64,000 bases of DNA from Chloroflexota bacterium (GTDB taxonomy: Bacteria > Chloroflexota > UBA11872), in NCBI GenBank assembly GCA_022820025.1, contig JAJEGF010000025.1, positions 145,522-209,521 on the forward strand, in the 5' to 3' direction. The notes under the pieces were generated by a model. It did no database searches. It saw nothing but the letters and a program-made list of their open reading frames with translations, and was not told the DNA's origin. A program made the position numbers and the translations under genes. Positions 59,955 to 64,000 of the stretch are shown in pieces (the stretch's first letter is position 1; the number at the start of each line of letters is the position of its first letter).

Positions 59955-61403
59955 AGGAAGAAGAGACGGGGTGGGGTGTCGCGGCGGGGGGTGTTGGGAT
60001 TGGGGCTGGCGGCTGGGGCGGGGGTGGTGTTGGGGGCTTGTGGGGAGGCGGAGGTGGTGAAGGTGGAGCGGCCGGTGTTGCCGAGTGCGGGGCGGGCGAC
60101 GACGGTGTCGATGGAGGTAACTGAGCGGGCGCCGAGTGGGGACGGTGGGTTGCCGGCGGCGGGGGCGGAGTATCCGATCTCGCTGGCGCTGCCGACGTTT
60201 GGCGGGTCGAACGTGGGGGTGGAGCAGATTCTGGTCTCGGCACGGTCGGGCGTGCGCGCAGAAACGCAGGGCCGGTACCGGTATTCGGACGTTCCGCTGC
60301 AGTCGATCCTCGGATACCGCTGGAATTACACGGAGTTCCTGGACGACGGCGCGGGCGCGGCGCGGGCGGACCTGGTGGTGCTGGAGGGCTGGGACCTGGA
60401 GAACCTCGTGTCCAACGCGCTGCTGGAACCGCTGGACGATCACCTGACGAGCGACGCGCGGTTCGATCCGGACGATTACTGGCCGGGGATCCTGGCGGCG
60501 GGCCAGATCGACGGGGTTCAGTATGCGCTGCCGGTGGCGGCGGCGCCGTGGGTGACGGTGGTGAACCTGGATCTGGCGAAGGCGGCGGGATTTGCCGTAC
60601 CGCCGCGCGAGGCCTGGGATGCGGATGCGTTTGTGCGCGGCGCGGCGGCGATGCATCAAACGCCGAACGTGGAAGGACCGAGGCCGACGGTTGGGGTGGG
60701 TATTGACGTTGAACCGTTGTGGATGGCGCCGGATCAGCTTTGGAACGACGCGCCGAGCTTTGTGTTCTTGCAGTCGACGCTGGGGGCACTGCCGGATGGG
60801 CAGGGGTCGTTTGCCGGGCTGCGCTCGGCGGAGGCGCGGGCGACGCTGGAGACGTTCCGGGAACTGGCGACACGGTACGGCATCTCACCGGACCAGCGGA
60901 GACGGAACGTGGACGCGTCTGACCTGATCGACGACGGGCTGCTGGGCATGGCGGTGTTCGGGCTGTCGGGCCGGTGGTTTGGGAATCTGATCGGCAGTTT
61001 TCTGCCCAGCAACAACGTGCTGTATCCGTTTCCGAATTTTGGGGACGGGCGGACGCCGGCGTTTCTCTGGCTGATGTTGGGAATCGGCGCGGGCAGGGCC
61101 AATCCACGGATTGCCTACGACGCGCTGCGAGCGCTGGAACGGCACGCGGCGGCGGGGGCCAATGTGCCGGGGTGGCGAACCTCGGCGGAGGATCTGCAGC
61201 GGCGGTTCCCGTCGTATCGGGACGACGAAGCGCAGATGGTGGTGGACCTGATGCAGAACGCCTCGTACGTGAGGCTGAGCCGGGCGGCATGGGGGGCGTT
61301 TATCGCGGAGGTGGACGCCGGGATCATCCTTGAGGGTGTGAGCGCGCAGGAGGCGCTGGACGGGGTGGCGCGGCGGCTGGAGGAGCTGGGCGCGCGGGTG
61401 TAG
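59949..61403 (+). CDS. Extracellular solute-binding lipoprotein (Tat signal)
   Basis: SRRGVL twin-arginine motif plus LGAC lipobox; LLEPLD, GVQYALP; start approximate. Confidence 0.82.
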   Translation: MRRKKRRGGVSRRGVLGLGLAAGAGVVLGACGEAEVVKVERPVLPSAGRATTVSMEVTERAPSGDGGLPAAGAEYPISLALPTFGGSNVGVEQILVSARSGVRAETQGRYRYSDVPLQSILGYRWNYTEFLDDGAGAARADLVVLEGWDLENLVSNALLEPLDDHLTSDARFDPDDYWPGILAAGQIDGVQYALPVAAAPWVTVVNLDLAKAAGFAVPPREAWDADAFVRGAAAMHQTPNVEGPRPTVGVGIDVEPLWMAPDQLWNDAPSFVFLQSTLGALPDGQGSFAGLRSAEARATLETFRELATRYGISPDQRRRNVDASDLIDDGLLGMAVFGLSGRWFGNLIGSFLPSNNVLYPFPNFGDGRTPAFLWLMLGIGAGRANPRIAYDALRALERHAAAGANVPGWRTSAEDLQRRFPSYRDDEAQMVVDLMQNASYVRLSRAAWGAFIAEVDAGIILEGVSAQEALDGVARRLEELGARV

Positions 61404-61410
61404 GGGCCGA

Positions 61411-62523
61411 TCAGACGGCGGTGAGGCGTTGGGGGCTGAAGGGGTGGATGGGGTAGGCGGGGTCTTGACCCGTGAGAAGGCGGGCGACGATCTGCCCGGT
61501 GTGCCAGCTCATGGTGATGCCGTGGGTGTGGTGGCCGGTGGCGAGGTAGAGGCCGCTGCGGGGGTCGCGGCCGATGAGGGGGAGGCCGTCGGTGGGTTCG
61601 GGGCGGAAGCCGGTCCAGATTGAGGCGAGAGGGCAGTCCGCCAGGGCCGGCAGCGTGGCCAGGGCACCGTTGAGCATTTGCTGGACGGCGCCGGCGCGCA
61701 GGCGTCGATCGAAGCCGACGCGCTCCTTGGTTGCGCCGAAGACGACGCGGCCGTCGGACCGCTGGGCGAGGCTGCCACCAGGGACGTGGAGGACGTGGCG
61801 GAGGCGGAGGTGGGGCGCGTCGAAGGCGAGCATGTGGCCCTTGGAGGGCACGACGGGGACGCCGGGCAGGAGGTCGGGCAGCCAGGCGCCGGTGGCGAGG
61901 ACGACCTGGTCGGCGTGGAGGTCGCCCTGGACGGTCTGGACGGTGGGATTGGGGCCAGTGCGGACGGCGGTGACGTCGGTTCCCTGGTGGACGTGGATGC
62001 CGGCGGCGAGCAGGGCGCGGTGGACGATGGGCGGCCAGCGCTGGGTATCGACCTGGCCGTCGGGGTAGACGGCGGCGCCGGTGATGTCGGGCGGCAGCAA
62101 GGGTTCGCGGCGGCGGGCTTCGTCGGGTTCGAGGAATTCGACATCGAGGGCGGCTTCCCGTTGCCAGGCGACGTGGTTGCGCAGCTGTTGGCGTTGTTCG
62201 TCGGTTCGGGCGAGGCCCATGGTGGGGCCCCTGGAAAAACCGACGTTGAGTCCGGTGAGTTCTTCGAGGAGCTGGGCGAATTCGGGGAAGGCGTCGCGAC
62301 CGTCAAGCCGGAGGCGGAACAAGGGGGTGTCGTGGTCGGCGTCGTACTGGGCGCAGATGAGGCCGCCGGCGGCGGACGAGGCTTCGCCGCAGATGCGTCC
62401 GCGTTCGAGGACGGCCACGCCGAGGCCACACCGCCGCGCGGCCAATGCCACGGCGCAGCCGACGATGCCACCGCCGACGACCGCGACATCGACGTTCTTC
62501 AGATCATCGTTCATGGGGGACAT
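61411..62523 (-). CDS. thiO: Glycine oxidase ThiO / DAO-family FAD oxidoreductase
   Basis: VVGGGIVG, ASSAAGGL, KGHML, WTGFRP, TGHHTHGI. Confidence 0.78.
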   Translation of the reverse strand: MSPMNDDLKNVDVAVVGGGIVGCAVALAARRCGLGVAVLERGRICGEASSAAGGLICAQYDADHDTPLFRLRLDGRDAFPEFAQLLEELTGLNVGFSRGPTMGLARTDEQRQQLRNHVAWQREAALDVEFLEPDEARRREPLLPPDITGAAVYPDGQVDTQRWPPIVHRALLAAGIHVHQGTDVTAVRTGPNPTVQTVQGDLHADQVVLATGAWLPDLLPGVPVVPSKGHMLAFDAPHLRLRHVLHVPGGSLAQRSDGRVVFGATKERVGFDRRLRAGAVQQMLNGALATLPALADCPLASIWTGFRPEPTDGLPLIGRDPRSGLYLATGHHTHGITMSWHTGQIVARLLTGQDPAYPIHPFSPQRLTAV

Positions 62524-62875
62524 TCAGCAACGATCAGCAAGTTCCCGAGGATTTTGGCCCAAGTCATTGTGGCGAACCGTACGGGTTCAGCGTCGTGAGG
62601 GCCAGGTGTCACGAACGAGCGGGGCCGCGGCGGCCGGCTAGCGCCTGGATGGCGGCAGCTTCCGGGGGAATTTATGATGGCGGCGAGGTTGGTTTGGTGC
62701 ATAATGGCCGCATACCGGACAACGGCGTTGGGCCGTGTATTCCGAAACGCTGAGGGGGTGATACATATGGGTGATGCTAGTCGTGGCTTTTCGAGCGCTG
62801 CCGTATGTGAGGTGAGCGCCGGGTAACGTCGCGTGACACCCGGGTACGGATTTAGCCGCGCCCGAAAACGCTACG

Positions 62876-62909
62876 AAAAACGAGCGGTCCATTTGGTGGG
62901 CCGCTCGTT
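62876..62909 (-). terminator. Intrinsic terminator-like hairpin
   Basis: 13-bp stem AACGAGCGGTCCA / TGGGCCGCTCGTT with a T5 tract on the minus strand. Confidence 0.6.
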
Positions 62910-63029
62910 GAACTTAAGGGGCCGGGTCGTCTTTCCCGGTTGTATGCCTGGCCGGCAGCGGGCGGTGAAATGAGATTCGCGTCATGCGTCACAATGCGGG
63001 CAATGTTGCTGACCTGAGCGAACCCGACG

Positions 63030-64000
63030 ATGACCACCGCCGCACCGCCAATCGAGATTGACTTCGACCGCCTCCTCGACACCTTCGTCGCCCTCCTTTC
63101 CGTGGACAGCTACTACGGCGACGAGGAACGCGTCGTCGCCGTCATCAAGCCGCGGATGGAAGGGCTGGGGATTGCGTGGCGGTCGGATCCGCACGGGAAC
63201 CTGATCGGGGAGTGGCCGGCGCGGGGGAGAGACGGCGAGCCGATCATCCTGAACGCGCACATGGACACGGTGCGGCCGACGCCGGAGATGACGCCGGTGG
63301 TGAAGGACGACGGGGTGTATTCGGACGGCTCGTCGGTGTTGGGGGCGGACGACAAGGCGGGGGTGGCCGCCATCATGGAGGCGGTGTGGGCTTACCACGA
63401 GTCTGGGGAGCCGCACGGGCCGGTGGAACTGCTGTTTACGACCGGGGAGGACGTGGGGCACATCGGCTCGAAGGCGTTTGACGCCAATGACGTAGTTGGA
63501 CGCCGCTGTTATGTGCTGGATGCGGGCGGGCCGGTGGGCAACGTGGTGATGCGGGCGCCGGGACAACGCCGCTTCAACTTCACCTTTCGGGGCAAGGCGG
63601 CGCACGCGGGGGTGGAGCCGGAGCTTGGGGTGAGCGCGATCGGCATGGCGGCAAGGGCGATCGACCGGATGCCGCTGGGGCGGGTGGACGAGATTACGAC
63701 GGCGAACGTGGGGATCATCTCCGGCGGCGAGGCGTACAACATCGTCGCGCCGGAGGCGGAGGTGACGGTGGAAACCCGCAGCCTTTCCGAGGAGCGGCTG
63801 GAGTCGCAGGTGGCGGACATCGTGGGCGCGGCGGAGCAGGCGGCCTCTGACTTTGGCGGCGACGTGGATATCGAGACGCACACGTTCTATACGGCCTACC
63901 AACTGGACGAAGGGGATCCCGCGGTGGCACTGGCGGACGCCGCGATTGCGGCCGCCGGGATTGAGCCGCAACACGTGAGCACGGGCGGCGGCAGCGACGC
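63030..64000 (+). CDS. M20/M25/M40 metallopeptidase (peptidase T-like), runs off window edge
   Basis: Hand translation: LNAHMDTV, LGADDKAG, GEDVG, GKAAHAG, STGGGSD. Confidence 0.9.
   Translation, partial: MTTAAPPIEIDFDRLLDTFVALLSVDSYYGDEERVVAVIKPRMEGLGIAWRSDPHGNLIGEWPARGRDGEPIILNAHMDTVRPTPEMTPVVKDDGVYSDGSSVLGADDKAGVAAIMEAVWAYHESGEPHGPVELLFTTGEDVGHIGSKAFDANDVVGRRCYVLDAGGPVGNVVMRAPGQRRFNFTFRGKAAHAGVEPELGVSAIGMAARAIDRMPLGRVDEITTANVGIISGGEAYNIVAPEAEVTVETRSLSEERLESQVADIVGAAEQAASDFGGDVDIETHTFYTAYQLDEGDPAVALADAAIAAAGIEPQHVSTGGGSD

Noticed and set aside
62523-63030. TPP riboswitch upstream of thiO
   Set aside because: No CTGAGA or CCTGA core in the right arrangement on the minus strand

Overview
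64 kb of high-GC bacterial chromosome, most likely Chloroflexota. This is inferred from the Chlor_Arch_YYY/TIGR03663-type membrane proteins, an IMS-like domain, three PhyH dioxygenases and many sugar-acid oxidoreductases. It holds about 50 credible CDS, mostly accessory catabolism, redox, glycosylation and DNA repair, plus two tRNAs: Arg with an unusual GCG anticodon, and Cys(GCA). There are three lower-GC inserts: a multidomain lipoprotein (2.5-4.4 kb), a type II R-M pair (27.4-29.5 kb), and a PLD-nuclease/SNF2-helicase gene followed by an N6-MTase/Type ISP-TRD gene (51.4-58.0 kb). The strongest leads are: (1) that two-gene split-Type-ISP-like defence module; (2) a four-helix-bundle gene between 12-bp direct repeats and purine heptamer arrays, with a third solo copy of the motif; (3) an rfbB + CAAX-protease cassette between identical 19-bp repeats that contain the tRNA-Arg promoter; (4) a restriction endonuclease that seems to start at ATT or by readthrough; (5) a LexA-box-controlled small Zn-ribbon ORF next to polX, at a point where G/C skew flips. 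All calls come from reading motifs by eye; no database searches were run.
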